64,000 bases of DNA, taken from the NCBI GenBank assembly GCA_029953675.1, contig JAMWBK010000005.1, forward strand, positions 868,001 to 932,000, read 5' to 3'. The notes below the pieces were generated by a model. The model was not told the DNA's origin and searched no databases. It saw only the letters and a list, made by a program, of their open reading frames with translations. Positions within the stretch are counted from its first letter, which is position 1. Each line of letters begins with the position of its first letter. This DNA comes from Rhodosorus marinus CCMP1338. Taxonomy: Eukaryota; Plantae; Rhodophyta. Shown here piece after piece: positions 27,080 through 38,191 of the stretch. The translations under genes were made by a program, and so were the position numbers.

Positions 27080-28828
27080 ATGGATCCGATGTTAGGGTTT
27101 GTTGGGTCCGGGCTTGCGCTGGGACTTGGTAGAGGACGCTGTGGGAACATGTCTGATAGAAGGAAAGGGGCAACTATTTCGATGAATGAGGGTGGAAAGC
27201 TGGTTACCTATGGCGACCAGGCTCGTCTGAAGCTGGTGGCGGGGATTGACGCTGTGGCGGATGCGGTGAAGGTTACCCTGGGACCCAGGGGAAGAAATGT
27301 TGTGCTCTACAGGGAATTTGGTGTACCTCAGGTTGTCAATGACGGGGTGACTATTGCCAAGGACATTGACCTGGCGGATCTGGAGAAGAACGTTGGAGTT
27401 AATCTTGTTCAGCAAGTCGCTTCGAGGACTGACATCATCGCTGGGGATGGGACCACCTCCTCTACTGTTCTGTGCCAAGCCATGGTGAAGGAAGGAGTAA
27501 GGGGCATTAATGCTGGAAGAAATCCCGTTATTATGAAGCGCGGAATCGATTTTGCCTCAAAAGCTTTGATCAAGGAGATCATGAGGCTCTCCAGGCGGAT
27601 TACTGGGATCGAGGATATCAGGAGCGTCGCCACGATCTCGGCCGGAAACGATGAGAGACTAGGCAACATCATTGCCACTGCATTTGAGAAAGCAGGACCC
27701 ACTGGTTCAACTATTGTTGAAGAGTCACAAGGTATAGAAGATGAGGTCTGGTTTACTGAGGGAATGGAATTTGAGAGAGGCTACATCACGCCGTATTTCG
27801 TAACCGATCAACAAATGCAAACAGCGGTGCTGGAGAAGCCAAGGGTTTTGATCACGGACCGCAAAATTTCGTCCATAACCGATATCGTGAAGGCGCTTGA
27901 AGCGGTCTCCAAGAGCAAGGAACCCCTTCTCATCATCGCCGAGGACGTCAGCGCACAGGCTCTCTCAACTCTTGTTGTGAACAAGATGCGTGGGACACTA
28001 CAGTGTGTCGCGGTTAAGTGTCCTGGTTTTGGAGAGCAACGAAAAGCGTACTTGCAGGACATCGCATCCCTTACCGGAGCTGAATTCATAAACTCCGAGC
28101 TCGGCATGGACGTGGAAGACTTCTCCATCGAGCAGCTTGGCATCGCGGACAGAGTAATCGTTGAAAAGGAGCAAACAACGTTGATTGCAGCCGCGGAAAA
28201 CCAGGCCGGTATTCAACAACGCATAAAGGCGGTTCAAGCGGAAATGGCTGCTGGTGGCTCAACTTTTCAATACGAGCAACTCCAACAACGACTCGCTAGA
28301 CTCAGTGGAGGTATCTCGAGGATCAAGGTCGGGGCGGCGACGGAGACCGAGCTGAAGGACAAAAAACTGCGCTATGAGGACGCCTTGAATTCGACGAAAG
28401 CAGCAATCGAATTGGGAGTAGTCCCAGGGGGGGGAACAACCATTCTCCACGCTGCAAAGGTCCTGACAGCGATACATGACGCGTTGACAGACGAGGATGA
28501 GCAGTACGGTGTTTTGATCGTTAAAAGGGCGATGAAGGCTCCGGTGAAGCAGATTGCTTTGAATGCAGGTGTTGAGTCTGAGGTAGTCTTAAACGAAGTC
28601 CAGAAGCTCGAGTTCGGCATGGGGTATAACGCGAAGTCTGATGAGTACACAAATCTATTTGAGGATGGAGTTGTAGACCCTACTAAGGTAGTTTGTTGGG
28701 GCATTGAGCACGCGTCATCTATTGCGGGAATGGTACTCACGACGGAGTGCATGGTCACCGAGCTTCCCGAGGAAGAAGTCGAGGAAGAAGAATTTGATGA
28801 TGCGCCAAGCTACAATCCGTACTGGTAG
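27080..28828 (+). CDS. groEL: Nucleus-encoded plastid chaperonin 60 (GroEL family), intronless
   Basis: VKVTLGPRGRNVV, VNDGVTIAK, AGDGTT, GMEFERGYITPYF, KCPGFGEQRK, RIKVGAATETELKDKKLRYEDA, GVVPGGG. MDPMLGFV transit-peptide-like start. Confidence 0.97.
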   Translation: MDPMLGFVGSGLALGLGRGRCGNMSDRRKGATISMNEGGKLVTYGDQARLKLVAGIDAVADAVKVTLGPRGRNVVLYREFGVPQVVNDGVTIAKDIDLADLEKNVGVNLVQQVASRTDIIAGDGTTSSTVLCQAMVKEGVRGINAGRNPVIMKRGIDFASKALIKEIMRLSRRITGIEDIRSVATISAGNDERLGNIIATAFEKAGPTGSTIVEESQGIEDEVWFTEGMEFERGYITPYFVTDQQMQTAVLEKPRVLITDRKISSITDIVKALEAVSKSKEPLLIIAEDVSAQALSTLVVNKMRGTLQCVAVKCPGFGEQRKAYLQDIASLTGAEFINSELGMDVEDFSIEQLGIADRVIVEKEQTTLIAAAENQAGIQQRIKAVQAEMAAGGSTFQYEQLQQRLARLSGGISRIKVGAATETELKDKKLRYEDALNSTKAAIELGVVPGGGTTILHAAKVLTAIHDALTDEDEQYGVLIVKRAMKAPVKQIALNAGVESEVVLNEVQKLEFGMGYNAKSDEYTNLFEDGVVDPTKVVCWGIEHASSIAGMVLTTECMVTELPEEEVEEEEFDDAPSYNPYW

Positions 28829-29803
28829 GATTTTCTTTTTCAGTTCGTCGTCTGATCTCAATGAGAACGGAAACTTAGGACGACATCGAGTCATTGAACA
28901 AGGATTGCGAAGAAGCACTCCATCAATTAACGTCATGCCGTTCCCCTCCCGGTTTGGTTCCGCTCCATGCAGTAGGATCACCGACTAGAAGGGACGAGGA
29001 ACGTAGTTTAGAGCAAACTAATAAATTACTCTTTATTCAACAAACCCACTGGCCTCTGAGGAAGATTTCAGCTGGCGACACGCACGGTCAAAAGCAGCGT
29101 GCGAGGAAACTTCGGTCGCAAAGGAACGACGGATTACAAGTGAACAGAGCGTGATATCCGCCAAACCGGAAGTATACAATCCCATGTGGACGAGGTGGTG
29201 GTGTCTGACGGGCGCATTGGAACTCTTAACTGGCTGTTAACCACCTCAATCTCAATCCAACTCTATGCGGAAGTGTTCGATGGTAATGAGAGCCAAACGC
29301 TTTCTCCAGGTTCAGTTCTCGGCCACTCGTGGAAAGTCTTCTCATGCATCTCGGGCCTAGTTCGTCATCAAAATTTGGATCCATCTTAGTTTATTTCAAC
29401 TTGGGTTTCCTGAAACTCTTGGAGTTCAGAGAACTCATCGCTCCGGGACCTCGGTAGGAATACTTTTGGCCATACTCGGCTCTCCGTAGTCCTTCAAATA
29501 CCTCGTCAACGCCTATGGCGGTTGAGCACAACTGGTGGAGTCATATCACATCCCACAGCTTCCCAATCCGTCATTGTTTGGAAAGTAGTTTGCAGCCAGC
29601 CAAGCTCGCGTCTTTCTACTGTGAAAGTCTTTTCTTGGGCGGTGGCAGAACGGCGGCTGAAGCGCTCATGTCCAGTTGAATCTTAAAAAGTCGACAGTCT
29701 CCGAACGGGCTAGCTTCTACTCCTTGATACACATATTTTTCAGGAACAATGATCGCCGGCTACCAGTTATTTCTGTAATACAGATCAAGTTTGAGCGAGG
29801 TTG

Positions 29804-30301
29804 TCATCCCAGGGCGTGGACTTGATTCCCGTCAGGGTTCCTTTGCTCATGTGTAGTCGGACCTTGGCCTGTAACCGCTTCTACAGAACCTTGAATTCCT
29901 TCTGGAACAGATTGTGCCTGATCCGGATTCATCAGAGCAACCGGCGGTCCCGCGCTGTAGGCGACGGGGTAAGCTCCAGTGCTATCCATAGGCGGCATCT
30001 GGTTCGGATCTAGAGCCACTGGCGGCATTTCCCCGGCCACAGCACCAGCCTCCCCAGTAACGGCTACTTTTACCGGAGCTTCAGCAAATCCAAAAGTCGG
30101 TACAACCAATCCACTCATCACCTTCACCTCAAATTCGTCGATCACCCTATCAATCTCCCTCTGTGTCCTCTTCCCGACGTACTCCTTGTAATACTCACAA
30201 GCAGCCTGCTTATGTCGATTGCCATCGTTGTGCTGCTTCCTCACCGCCGGGGAATCATGAGTCAGATAGACATCACAATAATCACAGTAGTACTTGCCCA
30301 T
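29804..30301 (-). CDS. SNRPC: U1 small nuclear ribonucleoprotein C
   Basis: Diagnostic matrin-type zinc finger MGKYYCDYCDVYLTHDSPAVRKQHNDGNRHK followed by a Pro/Gly/Met-rich tail. ATG at 30301. Confidence 0.95.
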   Translation of the reverse strand: MGKYYCDYCDVYLTHDSPAVRKQHNDGNRHKQAACEYYKEYVGKRTQREIDRVIDEFEVKVMSGLVVPTFGFAEAPVKVAVTGEAGAVAGEMPPVALDPNQMPPMDSTGAYPVAYSAGPPVALMNPDQAQSVPEGIQGSVEAVTGQGPTTHEQRNPDGNQVHALG

Positions 30302-30527
30302 TCTCTCAAGATAAAAACAAGTGCGCAACTCTTCAACTCCACGACTCTCCCCAAACAACCAAAAAAAAGGCCCAATCAAAATGCACTTGATTTTTTGCAA
30401 AACACTCTCCGAAAGCCTCCTCAAACGCTACACTTGCTCACACTTCCCCAAAAAGCCAGCACAACACGTCCCCACTCTCTACCACCCTTGCCAACCTAAG
30501 CAAGTCCTTCCCTTCCCAACCTTCCAA

Positions 30528-31075
30528 GCAAAATCCAACCACTTCCGCAAGGACCTTTCCCTCCAAACCTCTCCAAGCAAATCCACCACGTCCAGCAAGA
30601 CCTTTCCTTTCGAATCCTTCAGAGCAAATCCACCACGTCAAACAAGACCTTTCCCAACCCTACCAAGCAAATCCACCCACGTCGACCAGGCCCTTTCCCT
30701 ACAAAAACTCTCCGAACAAATCCACAACGTCCAACAAGACTCTTTTCCTTTCGAATCCTTCAGAGAATCCACTACGTCAAACAAGACCTTTTCCCTTCCC
30801 AAACCTTCCAAGCAGATCCACCCACCTCCAACAAAAGACCGCTTCCGTCCAAACCTTTCAGATGCAAATCCACCACGTCCAACAAAGACCCTTGCGTCCT
30901 AATCCTTCAGAGCAAATCCCTCTCGTCCAAACGAGACCTTCTCCATCCGAATCCTTCAGAGCAAATCCTCCTCGTTAACACGGGACTTAAACTCCTTCCA
31001 AACTCTTCCAGACCAAATCCACCAAGTCGAATAGGGCCCGTTCCTTTCAGTCCCAGAAGACTCTTCGAGCAGATT
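30528..31075. repeat. Degenerate minisatellite, about 12 copies of a ~43-56 bp unit with core GCAAATCCACCACGTCCAACAAGACCTT
   Basis: Unit starts read at about 30528, 30577, 30624, 30667, 30716, 30765, 30812, 30864, 30912, 30961, 31013 and 31069. Two tail variants recur (ccaaacc..ccaa and cgaatccttcaga). Confidence 0.9.
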
Positions 31076-32261
31076 CACTACTGAAACTGCAACCTTAGCA
31101 GTCGTCGGTCAATGTAAGAGAATGTTGGGACACCTCGAAAAGACCCACTCATGTCGACCGATGAGTAGGAAGATGGTCCCTTTTGAGCTACGTGATAAAG
31201 ATTGACTCTGCAATCAACTCATGCATAGTGAAACGCTTCTTGGAAGGCGACGATTGTAATCGTTGTAAAGGCGACGGGCAGGAAACCTATCTCTGAAAAT
31301 TTTGAAAGCTTCTTGTTTTCCAGACGGTTTCACCACAAAGACGCGGCTTTCAGTAGTCGTCTGGTACGATCCCAACAGAATGACTACGACTCCTCGAAGA
31401 CATTTCCCACGGCAATGGCCAAGTCCTTCGCTGACGTCACGATCACTGAACCTCACCATGTTAAACCATGTATCGTGGGAAAGGAGACGAGAAGGAGATG
31501 TCGGCGGTCGACCAAAACAGAACTGTTCTTTTGGACACCTGGAAGGTCGGTCCAATGTCACCAGAGAAAGACTCGTTACCGGTCTAACCGACGAGAAGGG
31601 AGAGATGGTGATGGCTCGGTGAGCTCTAGGGTGAAGGACAAGGACCAACCTGTATTTGTTTCGACTCAATTTAGCAAACCAATCTTACATGACATGGAGA
31701 GGCGATGAGAAGGAAGATTTTCTCTCAATATCTGGTGAAGAAGACGAACTGCACCAAAGTTGGTAGGGAATCTTGCACGAGAATAAGTTTGCACTCATAG
31801 CTGTTAAGGCTTCTTCAAAGTTGACGAGTTGAGTTGAAGGGGGTTGGCCCAGGTGGGGGCGAGGAGGAGTCGGAATGGGAGAGGGGTGCAAATAAATAGA
31901 CCAAGGTAGGTGACCCGCACAGTTTTGAATGATCGTCGACTGTTTGATTTGGAGCATGAAAGCTTAGAAACTTTCCGCGTTATTTTTGCTCACAGGATTC
32001 TTGAGGATAGAGAAGCACATTCATCTGTGTTTCGTTCCGAATGTGGGCAAACCGTGCCGCCAAGTTGTAACTGACGGGCGCAGCTTGTTGCAGAAGCAAT
32101 TCACCGGTGAGAAACCAAAGTTGGGAGGTTGACGATGGATGCGGACGTGTTGTTCGGGAGGCGTAGAATGGAAGAGCCGGAATGCCGCCAACTGCGAGGG
32201 GGGGCTCTTGCTTTTTAGGTCTGTTATTATCTCCTCTTTGAGGAGGGGGGCGTGACCGGAG

Positions 32262-33260
32262 ATGGAGCCGGAGTCTTCTAATTCGATAGCTGAGGAGGTG
32301 GTGTACTACAATGAAGCGGTTGTTGAAGTTGTGGGTGAAGCTGAAGAGACGTTGAAGACGGAAGAGGAAGAGGAGCGTCGACTGAAGCGAGTTTACGAGG
32401 AGAATGTGGACAAAGTTATAACGGAGCTGGAAAGAAGGAACTACTTCCTTGGTTACGACCAGGCGCAGTCAAGGGATCAGTTCTTGCTTCACAAGAAAGT
32501 GTTGAAGAGATACAAAGTAGAACTCGTGCCTTACCGGGAGTCGTGGTCAGTGGATCTGTTTGCTGTTGGGCACAACACCGTGAAGACGGAGATTCTAGAT
32601 ATGTACGATATCGTCCGGTCGTTAGAAGATCAGGGAAGGGAGGTGGGGAAGGGCCCGGTTTTGTACTTTTGCGGATGGTGGAGTACTTTCCTTAGCGTGG
32701 TCACGGAGTTCCTGGATATGGAGGACCAAGTTATCTATCCTTGGATTGAGAACAAAGCCGACCTGGGCGGGACGAGGCTCTCGAAATCGAATCGGACGTC
32801 CACGAGGAGGCAATTGAGAGATCTTATGTTGAAAGCAGTAGCTCAGGAGTCGAATCTGGACTACATACCTCCATCAGAGGTTGTTCTAAAGATGCTAGAG
32901 GTGCTGAACGAGTTGGACGTTGTCCTCTTGACGTATATTAACCACGTAAAAGCGAAGATTCCGCAGCTTGTGGAGGAGAAGTTCACAGAGGATGAGTACC
33001 GCTGCGACCTCCTACCAGCAATCTCAAGCCACCTCCACAGTACAGAAGACTGGAATAAGGTCGCACCCATCACGATCCGCTGGATGCGGGAGGACCAGGC
33101 TGCATTTTGGCAATCTGAATTCCTCACGAGGCGCGACAAACGCAAGTTTTCGAACTGGAGAAGGCTCGTTGAACGAACGCATTGGGAGCTGAGGGACTGC
33201 GTCGTTGAGCGACGAACGCCAAAGACCAGAGAAGCGCGAAAGGTCCTAGAGGGTTCATAG
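32262..33260 (+). CDS. Hypothetical helical protein with a hemerythrin-like (HHE) region, degenerate
   Basis: 332-aa ATG-started ORF. DLFAVGHNTVKTEILDMY and EFLDMEDQVIYPWIE resemble the H-x-x-I-x-x-E and H-H-x-x-E-D-x-x-I-F-P elements of HHE domains, but most His residues are absent. Confidence 0.5.
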   Translation: MEPESSNSIAEEVVYYNEAVVEVVGEAEETLKTEEEEERRLKRVYEENVDKVITELERRNYFLGYDQAQSRDQFLLHKKVLKRYKVELVPYRESWSVDLFAVGHNTVKTEILDMYDIVRSLEDQGREVGKGPVLYFCGWWSTFLSVVTEFLDMEDQVIYPWIENKADLGGTRLSKSNRTSTRRQLRDLMLKAVAQESNLDYIPPSEVVLKMLEVLNELDVVLLTYINHVKAKIPQLVEEKFTEDEYRCDLLPAISSHLHSTEDWNKVAPITIRWMREDQAAFWQSEFLTRRDKRKFSNWRRLVERTHWELRDCVVERRTPKTREARKVLEGS

Positions 33261-33584
33261 AGTTTTGTTGTCAACATACCTGGGGACTCGGGATCACCAT
33301 TGCGATGCACATTTTTGTCCTCTATTTCCCTTGTAGAGTATACGTTGGTAATTGTGGATTTATTTTTTCGTTCTTTGCTGAACAGTTGTAAAAAGAACAC
33401 TCCTCTCACCCGCCATACTTCGTTTTATAACTCCAATCTGTGCACCTCTTTTTCGATGTTCCTATTCCTCGAAAGCCCTTTCAGGCTCAGGTTTTAAGCC
33501 AATGAGGACGGGCCACTGTGTTCATCTTCGCCACAAAGGCTAGCCCCGACCGGACTCTGTATAATTTTTGCGTCCCCCGAGGCC

Positions 33585-35285
33585 TCAGTGGTTTCGACTG
33601 CCCGGGACAAAGATGTACGGCTTCTGCCGGGGATGAACAATACACGCGACATGGCCAGGTTTAGATGACAAGAGCTTTGCCTCCTTTACCATGTCCATGG
33701 CCTCTCCTGCCGATAGTTTCTCAAAGTCTCCACTCGAGGGTCTCAATGGGAAGCAGTTGCTACGAATGGCGAGCTGTCGAAATGTGGTTCCGGGTTCTCT
33801 TCCGTGGGACTTGCCAGCTTCGAAGTCTGTTCCAAAGCCTCCGATGACGACGATCTTTATGGGTCCCGAAATGGGGGCCCACGGCCTCGCTCGAGCGAGT
33901 TCGTGAGCGATATCATACGTCTCCTCAATCTCCTCGAGAGACTGCGGAAGGATGATAAAGAGCGATGCCTTATTGGATACGGCGCATTCCAACGCCATCT
34001 TGGCCGTTGAACTGCGAAGAGCAAGCACGCCTTTCCTTCCAGCTGCAGGTGCCGGGACAGTCTGCCTCGAAAACGCATCGTCAGCCTCTGTAACAATTTC
34101 TCTCATCGTCGCAACTGACTTTTCTGGGAATCTACCACCCGCTGATTCTCCTGAGAGCATGGTTGCGTCTGCTCCGTCGAGCACCGCGTTAGCAACATCC
34201 AGGGCTTCGGCTCTAGTGGGACGCGGATTATCCATCATGGAGTCAAGCATCTGTGTACAATTAATGACGAACTTTCCCGCCTCATTCGCCCTCTGGATCA
34301 TCAACTTCTGCATCAGAAACAGCTTTTCCGTTGGGATTTCTACGCCCAAGTCCCCGCGAGCGACCATGATGCCTTCCACCTCGTCCAGAATCTCATCGTA
34401 GTTGATCAGCCCTTCTTCGTTCTCAATCTTCGCCACGATCCCAACTTCCTTTCCGTGGGGACCGCAGTTTTCGTTAAGATACTTCCTAAATGCTCGAATG
34501 ACATCCGGTCCTCTAACGAAGGATGCAGCAACGAAATCCACTCCCAACTCTCCAACACCGTGGTCCAGGTCCATCTTATCCTTCTCGGTCATAAACTCTA
34601 CACCCGTAGCAACGCCAGGCAGGTTGAGGCCTTTCTTCTCGCCCAGGATTCCGCCTTCGATCACCTCGCATTCAACTTTTCCTGTACTGATCGACTTCAC
34701 GACCAGCTCAATGACTCCGTCATCGACAAGGACCACGTCGTTGATCGTGAGCTCATCGTGAAGTTTCGGATACGACACAGAAATCTCGCCTGAGTGGCCT
34801 TTATATGAGTCGTAGACAACATCCGTACGGATCGTAATTGGCTTGCCTTTCTCAAGCTGGACCTTGTTCTTTCCCTTCAGCGGACCCTCCAAAAATCCAG
34901 TTCGAATTGACGGGCCTTTGATATCCAAAAGGACCGGTACCGGAACAACGGCCTGTTCTACCCCATTGTGGGACACGGCCTTCTGCAATCTTTGTATTCT
35001 GTTCTTCTGCTCTTCAAACGTCGCATGCGAGCAGTTTATTCTCATACAAGTCATACCAGATTGAACCATCCTCGGGATCATCACCTCCGATTCTGAAACA
35101 GGCCCGATCGTACAGACAATCTTAGTCGACGGAAGCAAGCCCTCCTCCCGCGCAACCGTCTGGCTCCGCACCAAGTTCCCAAGATTCATCATCGAGGACA
35201 TGGAACGTTTCGAACCATAACTCCATACTGCCCTACCGGTACCTGTCGCAACCGATCCAAACCTAACCCAGCTACGCACGGACAT
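33585..35285 (-). CDS. pyk: Pyruvate kinase with putative mitochondrial presequence, intronless
   Basis: [61 protein letters not shown]. First ATG at 35285 gives an Arg/Ser-rich acid-free N-terminus. Confidence 0.96.
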   Translation of the reverse strand: MSVRSWVRFGSVATGTGRAVWSYGSKRSMSSMMNLGNLVRSQTVAREEGLLPSTKIVCTIGPVSESEVMIPRMVQSGMTCMRINCSHATFEEQKNRIQRLQKAVSHNGVEQAVVPVPVLLDIKGPSIRTGFLEGPLKGKNKVQLEKGKPITIRTDVVYDSYKGHSGEISVSYPKLHDELTINDVVLVDDGVIELVVKSISTGKVECEVIEGGILGEKKGLNLPGVATGVEFMTEKDKMDLDHGVGELGVDFVAASFVRGPDVIRAFRKYLNENCGPHGKEVGIVAKIENEEGLINYDEILDEVEGIMVARGDLGVEIPTEKLFLMQKLMIQRANEAGKFVINCTQMLDSMMDNPRPTRAEALDVANAVLDGADATMLSGESAGGRFPEKSVATMREIVTEADDAFSRQTVPAPAAGRKGVLALRSSTAKMALECAVSNKASLFIILPQSLEEIEETYDIAHELARARPWAPISGPIKIVVIGGFGTDFEAGKSHGREPGTTFRQLAIRSNCFPLRPSSGDFEKLSAGEAMDMVKEAKLLSSKPGHVACIVHPRQKPYIFVPGSRNH

Positions 35286-37143
35286 CCTCACCGGGAACCC
35301 TTATAAGTATCCCAAGACCACACACAGAAATCAAAGGATAAACTGCCACTTCCAACAGATTAGCTTGGTCAGCTCTATCTGAAACTCTCAGAATTTAAAG
35401 TTTCCTCACCAATCTCTTCAAGTAGAACAGAACAAATGCCCGGTCCGACCTCTTGGCACTTTCCTCACCAGGTCAGGAAGCCGATCTCAGCATGGGACCG
35501 GCCTTTGTCAACGGTCGACGAAAATATCCAATAAAATAATAAATAGACGAATAAATCGGATCCTTGAGAGGAATCCGATCCATCGAACGCGAATGGAATG
35601 GATTGAGCTGGTCGTTGGTCGTAACTTAGAATCTCTAGAAGAGTTTCAGATCCATTCATTCGGTCTTGGCATTATCGGTGGGTTTGTCGATGAAAAATTT
35701 AACCAGCTTTCCTGAAGGAGACCCGGATATTGAAAATTTGTCTCGTTTTGATAGTCTGTGAACTGTACCCGAGCTGAAACAGAACTATCAGAATCCAGAA
35801 CTCAATTTCCGCTGTAGGCCATAGTGGAAAGCGCTTTAGAGAGGTCTTCATGTGGTTCGCATCCTCAGCCGTAGCATGTTCTCCGATGATTTCCAGCACA
35901 GAGCATCGGACCACTTTATGCAGGCTGGCGCCGTTTTTAAGCTGGCGTTTTGGAGCGAAGCAACAGCCCAGAACTCCCGTTGCTGATTTGTGATCGCAGT
36001 TCGCTGAGGGAATCTGTGCTCGACGTTTTCATGGACACCGCCGGTGGCCATTGGAGACGGCTCGGTCCTCGAGAAGGCAGCCAACGAAGACCCGAGAAAA
36101 AAAAAGTCGTTCCGTCTTGCGAAGCCGAGGCATTGAAACCCTTTCAATCAAGCGAAAGGCTTAGGGCATTGTCAAACACACTGTTCTAAGAACGTCTCTC
36201 GCTTACTGTGAGTGTTCAACGATTCCAGCCAGCAGTATGGTGCGTTCCTGTTCGTCGAACGCACTATTCGATACGGGTTCTCACACCGAGAGAAGAGACC
36301 AGCCGATGCGGTCTTCTTCAGATCTTCATTAGGAAGACAAGAGCTAAAGTCGCTCGAGGAACAGCTAGTCCCTGCAGTGCAGCTTAAGTTTGTGCACGAA
36401 CTTTTATCGACGGTCAAATTCAACTTACAACTGAGGCTCAGCGAGCAGATTTTCTTCGGTGTACAAAGCCGTTGCGGTTTCATTCGGAGCACACACACGA
36501 AAGGTGTTCAGAGCATCTCAAGCGCCCGACTCTCCATGTTCAGACTAGCCACGATCTTCGAGGCAACGGGGTACCATGTGTTTTTTTGGTATGGAACATC
36601 GCTCAACAGCTTCAGCTGCGGCGAGCAAGTGCTCGACGACGTTTGTAAAACACTACAGCCCGCATCTACTTTCTATCGTAGCAGACGTTAAAAGCTCATC
36701 GAAACGTTTGAAACCCCCCAGAGAAACAAACTCTTCCGCTTCTGGGACTATTCTACCCCGCTCAAACGCGTTTTGTCTAAGCGAGAACTTTCCATGGCAT
36801 TCTAAGGAATACGACGCTGCTTCGGCTATTATCATAACATGACTCAAAGCTCTTGGATGCGTTTCAATAACCCTTGCTCTGGTGACCATCCGCCCAAACC
36901 CCTTCTGGACAAGTGAAAAGATCTTATCTCCGCCGACGGTGATCCATTTACGGTTTGTGGGTGATGAAGACGTAGCTTTAGCTTTGGGAGCTTTGAGGAA
37001 GACTGCATACAGTATTTCTTATCTTTCTACTTCTGAGATTGTGTACTTAGGTCCTTTTGGTAACTGTACCAAGTGAACAAAAGGTTTTCATAGGGCACTG
37101 GGAGCGAAAAGTCTGGTTTTGAACGAGAATTTTGAGGAAGACG

Positions 37144-37973
37144 ATGGCAGCTTTCGCTGTTGGCAGCGGTGGAGTTGGAAGCTCTCGGTTTGCAGGGCGA
37201 CGGGCAGAGTTGTGCAAGGTAGAGAGACGATCACAGACCCTCGGTAGTAATGGTTTGGGGCGAGTATCCATGATCGCAGCCTTTGGACCCCATCGATGGG
37301 AGGTTGGGAGAGAGTATGAAGAGGATTACATGTATCAGTACCTCATCGATGTGCCGGAAAACCTCCATGAGGTTACTATGTTCGATATTGATATGCGGAG
37401 ACTCGATTTCTCGTCGTTCAAAGGTTAGCAGATTTGTCCAAAGCCAAGCGCCGCAGTCCTGGATTTGTTGCTTGCCATCGACTGCGTCATCTCCGCGGGA
37501 GAATTCCGATATCCGTTCCCTTTCCTATAGCTAATTTTTTCCTCTACCTGTTGGTCGTCTCAGGAAAAGTTGTTTTCGCCATCAACGTTGCGTCCAAGGA
37601 CACGAAAAGCGAAAAGTTTTACAGACTGCTCGTGGACCTTCATGATCGGTACCATGCCAAGGGCCTAGAGATTCTAGCGTTCCCGTGCAACTCCTTCGAT
37701 CAACGAGAGCTTGCTGGTAACGAGGAGGTGAAGAAGTATGTTCAAGAAAAGTACGGAGTCGAGTTCACAATGATGTCCAAGTCCTTCCTAGACTACAATC
37801 CGGTGTTCTGTCTAGGCCACAAGAGTTTCCCAGGCGAGATAGTCTGGAACTTTTATGGAATGTTCATCTTCGATCGAGAAGGAATCGCTGCGGATCGCAT
37901 TCCCGCGGACGCTCCAGAGGAGCTGATTGAGCTGAAAATTCAGGAAGTTCTGGAGAGACCTTATAATCCTTAA
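37144..37973 (+). CDS. Glutathione peroxidase-like protein lacking the peroxidatic Cys, plastid-targeted, 2 exons
   Basis: Intron 37424-37563 (G|GTTAGC...TCTCAG|GA) joins FSSFK to GKVVFAINVASKDT. GPX motifs GLEILAFPCN, YGVEF and IVWNF are present. MAAFAVGS transit-peptide-like start. Confidence 0.85.
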
Positions 37974-38191
37974 CAAAAAGCTTTACAGGCCTGCTTACTC
38001 CGCACCAGGCTAGAGAAAGAAGGGAAAGAAAGCCCGCCCACTGTAACCCATCCGAGAAGAAAATTATTACGTAACCAGCTATGAATAGACTTAGCGTGTA
38101 AAATCGAAAACATGAAAAAGCCCAATGTGTAAGAGAAGAGAGCAGGACCTAGTTCACCGTTTGCAAACGCTGCCGCAAGACCGGTACAATG

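Noticed and set aside
30528-31075. CRISPR-like appearance (conserved ~28-nt core with ~20-nt variable parts)
   Set aside because: The cores are degenerate, the 'spacers' are related to one another, no cas genes are present, and the context is a eukaryotic intron-containing genome. It is a minisatellite.
31214-31957. Two minus-strand ORFs that could be joined
   Set aside because: The join needs a ~34-nt intron, shorter than other introns here, and the product has no recognisable motif.
35700-37050. Several short ORFs and splice-like sites between pyruvate kinase and the GPX-like gene (including a 54-codon minus-strand ORF MQSSSKLPKLKLRL...)
   Set aside because: A gene may exist here, but I could not assemble a stop-free spliced model or identify a family.
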